Shown here piece after piece: positions 12,864-26,489 of a stretch of 64,000 nt of DNA. The position numbers and the translations under genes are program-made. Numbering within the stretch: position 1 is the first letter of the stretch; each line of letters begins with the position of its first letter. The notes under the pieces are model-generated. The model was not told the origin of the DNA, searched no databases, and saw only the letters and a program-made list of their open reading frames with translations. Source of the stretch: Eledone cirrhosa (Eukaryota); assembly GCA_964016885.1 (NCBI GenBank), contig OZ024747.1, positions 20,398,001 through 20,462,000 of the forward strand. The letters are read 5' to 3'.

Positions 12864-13214
12864 AATTGTTTCTACATGTGGCACAAGGCCAGCAATTAAC
12901 CAGTGCATTACTGGTACTTTATTTTATCGACCCCGTAAAGATGAAAGGCAAAATTAACCTCGGCGGGATTTGAACTCAGAATGGAAAGGGCCGATACTGC
13001 CAATCCACCGCCCTTGGGCTATGTTAAAATTAATTGTTTCTACGTTAGGCACAAGGCCAGCAATAACCCAGTGTATTACTGGTACTTTATTTTATCGACC
13101 CCGTAAGGAAGAAAGGCAAAGTCAACCTCAGCGGGATTTGAACTCAGATTGTAAAGGGACGTAACTAAGCTGGAAAGCATGGCGTCCGACCCTCTACCGA
13201 TACTGCCAACCCAC
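12864..13214 (-). mobile_element. Two tandem SINE family A copies
   Basis: Two units starting aattgtttctac...ggcacaaggccagcaat. The first has an internal deletion. Confidence 0.85.
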
Positions 13215-13979
13215 AATGGCTTTAATTTTTGAGGGAGTGAAGTGTTGTTGTTATTGTTGTTTATTAATGCTGGCAGTGTTGTTGTTGTTGTTGGTGGTGG
13301 TGGTTGTGATGGTGGTGGTGATTGATTGTCGTCGTCGTGCGTCGTGGCTTTGGGGGTTGATTAATTGACATTTACGTTATCAGAATCCACTCCTCAATTC
13401 ATCCCTCTTTTACTTCTCGTTTCCTCTCGTCACCCTCGCGTTAGTATCATCAGCATTATGACAACCATCACCCAAGCCACCACACAAACCACTTAATCCA
13501 CTATGACGACCACTACCAATACCACAAATTAAAACGCTAGCACTACCACCACCACCACTATCAGTATGTCATCCATCTGTTAAATTCGAATCGCCCTCGT
13601 TAACCATACCTCGTTCGTAATAGAAACTGTTGCTTCTGCCAGTGGAGAGCTGTTTACATAGGGCTTAGCTATTTCATCATGACTCTGGTATTAAAAAAAT
13701 TACTATCAAACCTTCCATCACATCAGCATTCCGCACCTTGGAAAACAATGAAATACAAACAAATAAAGACCCCCTACACATAGTGTTTACAGAACATAGT
13801 GTAAGACTAGGTTTGTGTGTTTACCATATGATCGATTATTTCTATTTATATAGCCATGATCACAGTAATAGATTTTGTAACATAACTTCGATCCTTAGTC
13901 TGTACTGGTAATAAATGAGCTGATTAGTAAGTTATTCTTAATGCTAACAACTATAAAGTGAAGAAAGAACTTTATAGTA

Positions 13980-15960
13980 ATGTTGTTGTTGTTGCTGGTG
14001 TTGGTCGTGGTGGTGGTGGTGTGGTGGTGGTGGTGGCGGTGCTGATAATTGTGGCTGTGTTGGTGGGGGTAGAGGTGAAGTTAGTGTTGGTGGTGATGGT
14101 GGTGGTGATGGAGGGTGTGGTGGTGGTGGTAGTGGTGGTGGTGGTGGTAGTGGCGGTGATAGTTGTGGCTGTGTTGTTGGTGGTAGTAAAGGTGAGGTTC
14201 GCATTGATGGCGGTGGTGGTGGTGGTGATGGAGGTCGTGGTGGTGTAGTGGTGGTGGTGGCGGTGATAGTTGTGGCTGTGTTGGTGGGGGTAGAGGTGAA
14301 GTTAGTGTTGGTGGTGATGGTGGTGGTGGTGCTGGTGATGGAGGGTGTGGTGGCGGTGGTGGTGGTGGTGGTGGTAGTGGCGGTGATAGTTGTGGCTGTG
14401 TTGTTGTTGGTGGTGGTGGGGGTGGAGGTGGTGGTGGTGGTGGTAGTGGTGGTGGTAGTAGAGGTGTTAGTTGTGACTGTGTTGTTGGTGGTGGTAAAGG
14501 TGAGGTTAGCGTTGATGGTGGTGGTGGTGGTGGTGGTGGTGGTAGTGGTGGTGATAGTTGTGGCTGTGTTGTTGTTGGTGGTGGTGGAGGTGGAGGTGGT
14601 GGTGGTGGTGGTAGTGGTGGTGGTAGTAGAGGTGTTAGTTGTGACTGTGTTGTTGGTGGTGGTAAAGGTGAGGTTAGCGTTGATGGTGGTAGAGGTGATG
14701 GTGATGGTAGTGGCGGTGATAGTTGTGGCTGTGTTGTTGTTGGTGGTGGTGGAGGTGGAGGTGGTCGTGGTGGTGGTGGTGGTGATGGTAGTAGAGGTGT
14801 TAGTTGTGACTGTGTTGTTGTTGGTGGTGGTAAAGGTGAGGTTAGCGTTGATGGTGGTGGAGGTGGTGGTGGTGGTGGTAGTGGTGGTGATAGTTGTGGC
14901 TGTGTTGTTGGTGGTGGTAAAGGTGAGGTTAGCGTTGATGGTGGTGGAGGTGATGGTGATGGAGGTGGTGGTGGTGGTGATGGTAGTGGTGGTGGTGGTG
15001 ATGGAGGTGGTGGTGGTGGTGATGGTAGTGGCGGTGATAGTTGTGGCTGTGTTGTTGGTGGTGGTAAAGGTGAGGTTAGCGTTGATGGTGGTGGAGGTGA
15101 TGGTGATGGAGGTGGTGGTGGTGGTGATGGTAGTGGTGGTGGTGGTGATGGAGGTGGTGGTGGTGGTGATGGTAGTGGCGGTGATAGTTGTGGCTGTGTT
15201 GTTGGTGGCGTTGGTAAAGATGAGGTTAGCGTTGATGGTGGTGGTGGTGGTGGAGGTGGCGGTGGTGGTGGTGGTGGTGGTGGTTGTGGTGGTGGTGGTG
15301 GCGGTGATAGTTGTGGCTGTATTGTTGGTGTTGGTAAAGGTGAGGTTAGCGTTGATGGCGGTGGTGGTGGTGGTAAAGGTGAGGTTAGCGTTGATGGCGG
15401 TGGTGGTGGTGGTAAAGATGAGGTTAGCGTTGATGGCGGTGGTGGTGGTGATGGTGGTAAAGATGAGGTTAGCGTTGATGGCGGTGGTGGTGGTGGTGGT
15501 GGTAAAGATGAGGTTAGCGTTGATGGCGGTGGTGGTGGTGGTAAAGATGAGGTTAGCGTTGATGGCGGTGGTGGTGATGGAGGTCGTGGTGGTGGTGGTG
15601 ATGGTAGTGGCGGTGATAGTTGTGGCTGTGCTGTTGGTGACGGTGGTAAAGGTGAGGTTAGCGTTGATGCTGGTGGTGGTGGTGGTGGTGGTGGTAGTGG
15701 TGGTGGTGGTGGTGGTAAAGGTGAAGTTAGCGTTGATGGTGGTGGTGGTGGTGGTGGTAGTGGTGGTGGTAAAGTTGAGGTTAGCGTTGATGGTGGTGGT
15801 GGTGGTGGTAGTGGTGGTGGTAAAGTTGAGGTTAGCGTTGATGGTGGTGGTGGTGGTGGTGGTAGTGGTGGTGGTAAAGGTGAAGTTAGCGTTGATGGTG
15901 GTGGTGGTGGTGGTGGTAGTGGTGGTGGTAAAGGTGAAGCTAGCGTTGATGGTGGTGGCA
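13980..15960. repeat. 2-kb higher-order minisatellite built on (GGT)n
   Basis: Recurrent modules aaaggtgaggttagcgttgat and gatagttgtggctgtgttgtt separated by variable (GGT)n runs. Confidence 0.9.
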
Positions 15961-16366
15961 CTCTCGTTTGGTGAATAGATGTCAAAATAGTGATAGTGGT
16001 GTGTTGTACATTATTGTACACATGATCGGAGTACTGGTGTGAGTACGAGTGTATCAATTTATAACTAATTTATGTATTCAATTATATATGTATATTATTT
16101 AATTTTTATATTTTAATTTCATTATAATTCATTTAATTTCATTTTTAAATTTTGTTTGTGTATTTTTTCTCTTTTTGTGCTGTTATTCGTGTTGTTTCTG
16201 TTTTTGTTTTGATTTCAATTTAATTTTCTCTAGTTTTATAAATTGCATTTGTAATCTAAGGTTAATGATTCAAACTAATTGTGTTTACTGATTGATATCA
16301 ATGGTGTATTTTTATTATTATTACTATTACTATTACTATTATTTTTATTATTATTACGATTACTAC

Positions 16367-16448
<82 letters not shown>

Positions 16449-16711
16449 GTTTTGTTGTTGTTTTTTTTGCGAAATAAGCAAACACAAAACCGAAACAAAT
16501 ATAAAAAATAAAAAATATAAAAAATAAAACAATACAAAATGATAACAGATGAAGGAAAGAGCTCAGCATATGAAAATATCATTTATTGGTTCATACCAAA
16601 TTCCTTATTGATTAATGCTGGTGTTTTATCTGAAAATTATCTCTGCTAATGTTATTTTTGTTTTGAATTTTCTTTTTTTTTTTCTACGCACGTTTACTCA
16701 TCTTTTAATAT

Positions 16712-16775
<64 letters not shown>

Positions 16776-17123
16776 GGTGCTGCTGCTGCTGCTGCTGCTG
16801 CTACTACTACCGCTGCTACTACTACTACTACTACTGCTGCTCCTGTTACTACTACTACTACTACAACTGCTACCACGATTACTGCTTCTCTGTGGTTGAG
16901 TTTGCTGTTGTGATTATTGTTAATATTGTTCTATATATATATATTGTTATTATTCTTAATGGTGGCTCGTTTGGTTTATTATTATTTCTTTATCGTATTT
17001 TGTTTTAGAAGTAATAGTGAAAACTGAATTTTGGAACTACGTATTTGCATTAAAGTGATAAGTTATCAAATTTGGACAGCTGTAGAATGTGGAGCACCTA
17101 TCTCTTCTTACTTCAATATAATA

Positions 17124-17290
17124 TAATTGTTTCTACTTTTGGCACAAGGCCAGCAATTACCCAGTACATTACTGGTACTTTATTTTATCGACCCCGTAAG
17201 GATGAAAGGCAAAGTTAACCTCGGCGGGATTTGAACTCAGACTGTAAAGGGATGTAACTATGCTAGAAAGCATGGCGTCCAACCCTCTTC
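17124..17290 (-). mobile_element. SINE family A copy
   Basis: Matches the family consensus. The head is truncated. Confidence 0.85.
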
Positions 17291-17503
17291 CTTCAATATA
17301 ATATAATATAACATTAACTATACTATTTTTAGCGTGACTATTTGAAATGTTGATGAACGAGATTGAACTCTGTAAAACTGCTATAGACTTAATCCTTCCC
17401 TCTCTATGTATATTTTTTCTCCTCCATTTCCCTTTCTATCTCCCTCTCACTTTTTATTCCCTTATCTTTTTTTCTCTCGCGCTCTTTCTCCTTCTTTTCC
17501 GCC

Positions 17504-17540
<37 letters not shown>

Positions 17541-17809
17541 TCTCTCCATATTTCTCTTTATCGTTTCGGTATTGTTAAAAATTTCCTGTTATTTTGAAAT
17601 ATTCACTCCACATAACTCTGCCAAGTATTGCTATTGGTTGGTGGTTAATAGCAAACTAAAAAGCATTTTTTTTTCTCTGCACCCTCCTCTTTTTAATCAA
17701 TGATAATAACCATTCGCTTCTAATGATAAAAATTGCTGAAACTTTTAATATAATGCTGTTGTTGTTGTTTTTAATGGTTAGTTGGGAGAGCTTCTGTTGG
17801 TTTTTGCTT

Positions 17810-18011
17810 GTGGCGGATTAGCAGTATCAATAGAACATCGAACAACATCCTTTGCAGTATGTAGTTATGGCCCTTTGCGTTTTGACTTAGCTTTGCCTTT
17901 CATCCTTTCGGGATCGACAAAATAAAGCACCAGTAACGCACTGGTGTCGAGTTAATTGAGTTTCCCAATCCCTCCAAATTGCTGGCCTTGTGCCAAATGT
18001 AGAAACAATTA
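17810..18011 (+). mobile_element. SINE family A copy (long variant)
   Basis: Central ctttgcctttcatcctttcgggatcgacaaaataaagcaccag, tail tagaaacaatt. Confidence 0.75.
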
Positions 18012-18040
18012 TTAGTATTGTTGTTGTTGTTGTTGTTGGT

Positions 18041-18432
18041 GTCAGTTGGTTCAGAAATTAATGAAGTCTTTATATTTTTGTTTTAAGATATTTAGAAAAT
18101 AAAAACTCATGCAAGGTATCTAATATGTTATGCATCAGTTTTAATTTTATCGTATGCTGTTTCTTTCTATACAATCCGATTTTGATATGAATTGCGATTT
18201 CGTCAATGTTCATCGCTTTGAAATTCAGAACACAAATCAAGATTTTCGCCAAGTGTTTTTCTATGCGTACAAACCTGGCCATAGGGCATCACAGACGGCT
18301 AGAAACATCAACAAAGTGTTTATGGAATGCACTGTGCAACGTTAGTTTTAAACATTCCGTCTGGAATGAGAAAGAAATAAGCCTTTTTACTTAATGTGTA
18401 AAAACCTGCATTAATATTGAACAAGCTGATAT
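18041..18432 (+). mobile_element. Internally deleted mariner element (N-terminal HTH remnant)
   Basis: FRQVFFYAYKPGHRASQTARNINKVF resembles the mariner transposase N-terminal HTH. Degenerate TIRs cagttggttcagaaattaatgaag / ctgcattaatattgaacaagctg. Confidence 0.65.
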
Positions 18433-18599
18433 TATTAATAATATCGTTTTTTTTATGATACTGATATTTAGATCATTATAGGAATGCTTCATATCGAACC
18501 ACAACTCATTGGATGAGAAACCTTCTTGACCTTTCTACTTGACCTCTCTACTATTAAGGTCTTGTGGTAAATTCTGCCTGATAGAATTAAACAAATTGT

Positions 18600-19300
18600 T
18601 GACTACGTGTTCATTCGAAGATACAGATCTTGTTCTCCAAGGTTTAATTCAAATTCTATTTCACAGTTGCCAAGGCTCCGGTGTCAGTTTTCAAGATCAT
18701 CAACTCATCATTTTTTTTCCCCCGGCACTTAGGGTTTTCATATTTAAAATCAGTGTAATGTTCTACTTTATCTTTCTCCGTGTTTTTAAAACTCTACTAT
18801 CAAATGGGAATGTCACGTCAGTTAGCAAGCACATTCTCTTCTTTTCAACGACTGCAATATCCAGTTTGAAATTTTGTATTTGCATCCTTTTTATATTTTT
18901 CTCCTAAAACTTTCTCTTATCTGCCAGCATTATGATGATAGCTCGCTTCTGAAGATGCAACGACACATCACTCACAAAATAATCCAGCGAATTATTATCC
19001 CATCTTTATCGTATTTGCACATTTTGCACTCATATTGAGCTAACTGTCAACATTTTTAAATCATGCGAGCTATGGTGTCATCGGGTTTTTCATTACAGTC
19101 ATATCATGCTAATTTATTATAATTTATCCTCAGTCTTTTACTGTATTGCTAAAATCAATCCCGTAGCAACTTTTTTCATGGCAGCTGTCCTTGCCCTCCT
19201 TTGCGCATTCACCTTCGGGGTTGTTCTCCCTTAAAATGTAATTCTTCTTTCCAATTATGTATGTGTTATTATCTCTTTTGGTTCAACTATCTCTTTATAT
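18600..19300 (-). mobile_element. Degenerate Dong/R4 LINE C-terminus (REL endonuclease)
   Basis: Minus translation KLDIAVVEKKRMCLLTDVTFPFDSRV...KDKVEHYTDFKYE matches the REL PD..D..K..KY pattern. Confidence 0.55.
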
Positions 19301-20252
19301 AACCCTCTTATTACCTCCTTCAAAATAATTTCTTAATAGTTTTTTTCCAGTAGAGTCGTTTTTGCTTGAATGAAGATAATGAGATTTGAAGGCAAAGCCG
19401 TGTTTTTCTCTAAAATATAGATAAATGTAGAGTGCCCAGAGAAACACCAATACACAAGCAGGAATTTTGAACTGTCCCAAGGTTATAAGATGCTGAACCA
19501 ACCAACATTTGTACCAGCCAAATATAAAATACAGACAGCAAACAAATACGTTCCTATTGTTTTAAGTATTGAAGCTAATTTTTCCAATTCCTGAAACAGA
19601 TATGATAGGTAGCCATAACTTATTATATAACTTCAAGAAGAACATTTGATGAAACTTTACAAGTTATATCAAAATACAAAATACACAAATACACACATGC
19701 ACACACACACAGACACATACACATATACACACATGAACAGGCCAACTATAGCAGTCATATAAGTCTGAAATATTTAACTAAAACTGACATATTGATGGAG
19801 AAGGTCGTATTTATTAAATTCACAGATTAAACGTTATCATTTATACAGGCAAACATATTTGTAAGTTATATTATGTAACAACCAGAGATTTGTTTGGAGG
19901 TTATTTGTAAGTCACAAACAAATATTTGAAATACTATACTCATACCTAATTTATATATGTCGTTTGAGCGGCATGAGCTCTACTAACAACTAAATGCTGA
20001 TATAAAGGCATACGTTTATCTGCAACGTTTTCACTGTGGTTAAACTCTAACCTTTAATAATATGGCAACAGAATTATCAGCAAAGTAAATGACAATTTTC
20101 TATGTATTATAGGTGGATGAGAATGTTTATTAGATGCTATAGCTAAGTTAGAGTTATTAGTGCAGCCACATACACACACAAACAGACACACAGACACACA
20201 CTCACACACACACAGACACACACTCACGCACAAACTCACACACACACACACG

Positions 20253-20297
<45 letters not shown>

Positions 20298-20299
<2 letters not shown>

Positions 20300-21258
20300 A
20301 ATAGAGTGAGGTAAAGAACCAGGTGGACCATAACCTTCCAGTGTACTCGATACTTGGGATAGTAGAGTGAGTAATATGAACAGATTCAGGACTACGACGG
20401 CTGAGTTCCGGCCGTTTCGACAACTAGATCCGAACTAAAGCGCCATTATTCGAACGGCGGGAATCTAGCTGAACTTATCAAGGCGTACAGCCCATATATG
20501 GGCAGACAGTCAAAGCAAAAAAAGATTGTTTTTTTTTGTATATATATATATGTATATGTAAATGAAGAATGGCGTGCTGGGTTGTTGGGAACATGAACAT
20601 ATGAATAAAAATAGATAAGGGGTAAAATGTCCTCTTCAGTAGTCTGCTGATATCGTTGGTATTTCGACGCATTAAAGACTAGATACCTAAAATCAGTGCG
20701 AGTGATAACTCAATTAAGTTATCGGGACAGTGGGAAAACAGAGGGAAGGAAATAAACACATGGTGGTATGCAACGTAAAGAGAGGAAAATAGAGACAAGT
20801 CAATGAATCCTGTGGGCTTAAGCCCGACAAATCAAATTGACGAGGAGAAATAGACCCGTCCGCGCCGCGAGAAGATTGAGAGAGGAAAGAAATTCAAGCA
20901 GGTCAGACGGGAGAGGGGGGAGCAGCTGAGAAGGAGTGAGTGAAAGTGGGAGGAAGGGGCCAGCCGAGAGTGAGTGACCAGCAGCGGGAGTTGAGGAAGG
21001 CAAGATGTGAAGGAGAGAGAAAAGGTGATAGCAGAAAAGTGACCGAAAAAAAATACGAACCGCAGCGAATGGGGTGTCTGCGGAGCTACATCGAGAAAGA
21101 CCACTAATTAAAGTAATACACGGTATATACTGCGATACAGATTTGGAATATTTAAGAAGAAATTATCGATGGTGTGCTCCTACGGTTTCTGTTCTCCACA
21201 TCAGACACATATTGTGAAGTAACGGAAATCACAGGACCTCACGATCGAAATTTATCTT

Positions 21259-21260
<2 letters not shown>
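20298..21260 (-). mobile_element. About 960-bp non-coding cassette between (TA)n tracts with two hammerhead-like motifs (putative non-autonomous PLE derivative)
   Basis: Its 3' part (20298-20480) is homologous to 25376-25482, 31135-31285 and 38870-39070. Its 20626-20730 part is homologous to 32435-32540 and 46915-47010. Confidence 0.65.
20626..20688 (-). ncRNA. Candidate rearranged (non-circularly permuted) hammerhead ribozyme
   Basis: Minus strand reads a-ggua UC uagucu uuaaugc guc GAAA uacc aacgauaucagc agacua CUGAAGA ggacauu. Confidence 0.6.
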
Positions 21261-21328
<68 letters not shown>

Positions 21329-21393
21329 TATTAAGTGTAATGAATTCTTTTACAATGAAATTAGCTCGAAGAAAGAAATATTTCTGAGCCGTG

Positions 21394-21567
21394 TAAAACA
21401 TTTAAATATAAATTAATATATATGATGAAACACAAATACCAACATATCTGTATTTATATTGTAGAAGAAAATTTAGTTAGCTAACTAAATTTTCTTCTAC
21501 AATATAAATACAGATATGTTGGTATTTGTGTTTCATCATATATATTAATTTATATTTAAATGTTTTA
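21394..21567. repeat. Spacer-less palindrome, 87-bp arms
   Basis: Centre ...atttagttag|ctaactaaat... at 21480/21481. Arms appear to be exact reverse complements. Flanked by (TA)n. Confidence 0.95.
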
Positions 21568-21632
21568 TATAAATATATACATATTTATATATATATATAT
21601 ATATATATACATACACACACACACACATATAT

Positions 21633-21761
21633 AAGTTTATCCCGGGTTCAATCGGGGGTAACCACAGTAAGTAAGGTACTCAATACATAGCAGATTATAA
21701 ATATTTAATATAGAAATTGCTTCTATAAGACTAGAACTGTTTCATTCGGGAGAAATCATCA
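21633..21761 (-). mobile_element. 5'-truncated hammerhead cassette, same family as 31407-31605
   Basis: Shares ccgg-ttgaatcgg-ggtaaccacagtaagtaaggtactcaatacatagcaga and gactagaactgtttcattc...agaaatcatca with 31407-31605. Bounded by (TA)n. Confidence 0.75.
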
Positions 21762-21810
21762 ATATATATATATATATATAAATTTATAAAAACAATGAAA
21801 TAAAACAATC

Positions 21811-21949
21811 ATCATATTACGATCGTTTCTGGGATATATATGTGTATGTTGGTATGTATATCATATTAAAGATCTATGTAAAAAAATATTACAAAATTAT
21901 CAGAGGAGATATACATACCTTCATTATATATGCCATCTTCAGAAATGAT
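21811..21949 (-). ncRNA. Hammerhead ribozyme with about 105-nt stem II in the PLE 3' UTR
   Basis: Minus strand reads aucauuu CUGAAGA ugg...gguauguauauc...gauauacauacc...cca GAAA cgaucg UA auaugau. Confidence 0.75.
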
Positions 21950-22682
21950 AAAGTATTTTATTGAAAGAAAGTATTGGGAACAGGTTTTGAATTGACTAAT
22001 AGAAAAGTTATAGGTCAAGTTGATAGAATAACCGTAGTAGAAATGTTATGCTAGGAGTGGAGGAATGTAAATTTATGCTTTGAATGAAAAGAATGGGGAA
22101 GAGAAAGGTAACGGTTAAAATGAGATCAAGTTAATCAGATAGTGAAGGACCCCCCAAAAAAAAGAAAGTTGATGTTATTAAAGAATGTTGTTGAAAGCAT
22201 AGGGAAAATAATTTTTTTATGGGATGAGAGTGTTAGTGAGATATACTACTCCTGTTTAGATTTTAAGGAATCTAGATACATAAAAGAAAATTAAATTAAT
22301 TGATAGATATACTTACAGAGTTAAAATTATATTAATTCTTATGGATGTGATAAATAAAGAAGTAAAAGAAATTTAAAAAAAAAATATATATATATATATA
22401 GAAAGACTGAAATAGATAAAATGTTATAAAAAGTAGTGTATCTATTTAAACAACCGTAATATTAAAGATATTAATTATATTTAATAATCCTAGGTATTGA
22501 ATGTGATAGATAGGGGATGCGGTTAAAAGAGGTAGTGAGGTTAAAGATAACTTAAGGTAAAGTGAGCTGCAAGAGGGAAATAAAATTATGAAATTCTTTG
22601 TAGAAAATATTTAATTATAGGTAAACTAAATTTAAAAAAAAAAAATTATAATAATTTGTAAAATATAAGAGTGAGGTATATA

Positions 22683-23264
<582 letters not shown>

Positions 23265-23789
23265 CAATCAAGTTCAGTGTTAATACAAAATTATTTTCAC
23301 TGCAAGAATAAGTTTGCCAAGTAGTTGTATTAATAACAGATGCTTTATATTGTTGACTGTATATGAACGCATTTTATATTACTGTTGTTCTTTATGCATT
23401 GATTTAGGTGTCCCTAAACAAAATATTGCGCCCGAAAAGAAGAGTAAAATATCTTAGAGTTCAATGATCTTGAAATCGAGATGTACCAGATATGCGGCAT
23501 TAAAGTAAATTAATAAGTCATACATTAGTCACCAACAATCAAATACTACATGCTGTGCACAAATTCTCTTTTCTAGAAATCGCCCACATCCTGCACAACA
23601 CAAATATAACCATCTCTACACACAAACCACACTCTATACAATAAGTACTTAATAGAACAAAAGAACACAATTCAGAAGACATTTACAAGTCTAATAACCA
23701 CGAAAATAACATAAGGCACATTACACAAACCAATCACATCAGAACAAGCACCGAAATGTCACGAAAAACAACATGATAACATCTATAAG

Positions 23790-24040
23790 AAAATAATGAG
23801 ATTGCTGATGAGCATAATAAATCATTTCTTGAAATAATAATGAGAACTTGAAATGCTGGAGTAATGAAGTGAAAACAGTCACCATTGTTCCAGTACTGTT
23901 TAGTGTCCTTGGCATGGTGACAAAGAAGTTGAAAACTACCTGTCGAAAATAGATTTTGCACCAGGGGTTGATCCACTCCTGAAGACATGCATTTAGGGAA
24001 TAGCCCTAATATTCAGAAAGGTTCCAGATTCCCAGTAGAA
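23790..24040 (+). mobile_element. Dong/R4 LINE extreme C-terminal relic
   Basis: KTVTIVPVLFSVLGMVTKKL / YLSKIDFAPGVDPLLKTCI*GIALIFRKV resembles the R4/Dong terminus (PIVIGALG...LQK..LLGTA.ILRKVL). Confidence 0.55.
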
Positions 24041-24142
24041 GAAAAACAACAATAGATGATATGACAAGTTGGAGTTACTCTATATATTACCTACAATAAC
24101 CGGCCAAACGCAAGAACAAAGTTGGTCACAAAAATAGTCAAA

Positions 24143-24497
24143 TAGTTGTTTCTACTTTTGTCACCAGTGCATTACTGGTACTTTATTTTATCGACCCTGT
24201 AAGGATGAAAGGCAAAGTAAACCTCGGCTGGATTTGAACTCAGATCATAAAGGGACGTAACTCTATACGTCAAAGCATGGCGTCCGACCGTCTCCCGATA
24301 CTGCCAATCCACCGCTCTTAGTCAAATAATTGTTTCTGCTTTTGGCACAAGGCCAGCATTTACCCAGCGCATTACTGGTACTTTATTTTATCGACCCAGT
24401 AAGGATGAAAGACAAAGTCAACCTCGGTCGGATTTGAACAAAGATCGTAAAGGGACGTAACTATGCTGGAAAGCATGGCGTCCGACCCTCCACCGAT
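24143..24497 (-). mobile_element. Two tandem SINE family A copies
   Basis: Two consecutive reverse-complement units. Confidence 0.85.
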
Positions 24498-25157
24498 ATA
24501 ATAATAAGTAGAAAGGAGGAAGCGAATTAATTTTCGACATTATATTTATATCTTCACTGAAATCCAACTTTAAAAGTTTATCTCAAGCTGATCGTAATAT
24601 AGCCATGAAATCCTTTCCAAGAAATATAGTCATTTTAATTGATATATTTTGAAAATGCTAATTAATAATCAATAACATGAGGTTACACACCATTAACATA
24701 TACGGATGCCAAAGAAAACAGCCATTGATATCAGATATCTCGCTAGAGTTTGGCAGAAGACCAGTTTTACGTAATTCTCTCGTAGAATTTCACATATACA
24801 GACGTTAAACACTAATACAATGCCAAACTAATAGAATGCCAACCATGCAACTTTACACCATTGATATTAGATTCGTGCTTCATTTACTGTTATACATGTT
24901 CCTTTTCTGTCAATCTTTGAACTAGTATCGTATATTGCAGCATCACTAACTGCCGTAACTATGTTATTTGTTGTGGAAGAAAGCAGATGTGAGGATTTTA
25001 AAATTATATAAACTCTATGACACTATGTGATATTTTAACAGGGAATAGAAACTAAACAATTTATACGTGTAGGCACACACACCGCATCAAATCAACATAC
25101 ACTAAAACACACGCACATGTATATATATATACATATATATATGTATATATATATATG

Positions 25158-25257
<100 letters not shown>

Positions 25258-25297
25258 CATAGATACATACATATATATATATATATACATAAATACT

Positions 25298-25328
<31 letters not shown>

Positions 25329-25375
25329 GAATGTATATATATATATACATTATATATATATATATATATATATTA

Positions 25376-26250
25376 TAGGAAAATGTTTAACCCCGACGGC
25401 AGAGCTCAAGCCCTTTCGACGGCTATTCCTGGACTAAATTAGAATTTTTAGCGTGGAAATAAGTAGCTGAACTTTTCAAGAGGTAATTCCTTATATGGGA
25501 AGATTGGAGTTGTCAAAAGGATTGGTCAACATTTCTTGTTATCACAATTAAGTCTTTCATGGTGGTAGGTGGTTGGTGGGGGTGGCTCAACATGCCTGTG
25601 GAACAATGAGGAAGTGGGTGGAGCCGGTCAAGCGTTGAAAGTGAATTCTATACAGCAAATTCTAAGGAGTGTGTATGAAATTAGGCTTGGTAGAAGGCAG
25701 GAGAGAAAGAATTCTGGGGTAAATTTGTGAGAAGGGGACGGTATAAAATTAAATGGTTAATAGATTGAGATTAAAACATAATAAAATAAAAAAAATAAAA
25801 AAAATAAAAGAATAATAAAAAAATTAAATAGTAATAGATAATAAAAAATATCTAGCAGCTGGTATTGCGTTTTCGGCCAATACTATATAGGATTTACTGG
25901 GATGGGGTTACTCAGGCTACAAAAGCACGATGTGCTGCCTCAGGGTAGGCGAAGGGGTAAAAAGGAAAAAGGGGAGAGGGAGTGGAAGGAAGTGAGAAGA
26001 AGAGTTGAAGGGAAAAAGAAAAGAAATGCATCTACCTATGTAAGCTGGGGTTTCCCCTATCTATTTCGGCCAGTGGTGAAAAGAGGAAAATGAAAACGCA
26101 GCAAGGCGTGGGTAATTCGGCTAATATGTATATTTAAGGTAAGAATGTTTACTTTAACCGTGATTTTCAATATGGGTGAGAGTAGAAACTTTAGCTTAAA
26201 CTTTAATCTGTACTAATAATAAATATATGCTCTACGGCTTTATATATATA
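25376..26250 (-). mobile_element. About 870-bp non-coding cassette between (TA)n tracts with a U3-A8 hammerhead-like motif at 25405-25482
   Basis: Minus strand reads cuc UUGAAAA guucagcua...uagccguc GAAA gggc UU gag. Homologous to 20395-20483. The right end shares gcttaaact-taatctgt...taataaatat-tgctct with 47278-47322. Confidence 0.55.
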
Positions 26251-26267
26251 TATATATATATATATAA

Positions 26268-26489
<222 letters not shown>

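Noticed and set aside
14081-16057. 658-aa Pro-rich extensin-like ORF and antisense 576-aa Val-rich ORF
   Set aside because: Triplet-repeat DNA stays open in several frames on both strands. There is no ATG for the Pro ORF, no non-repetitive domain, and a phase slip near 14246.
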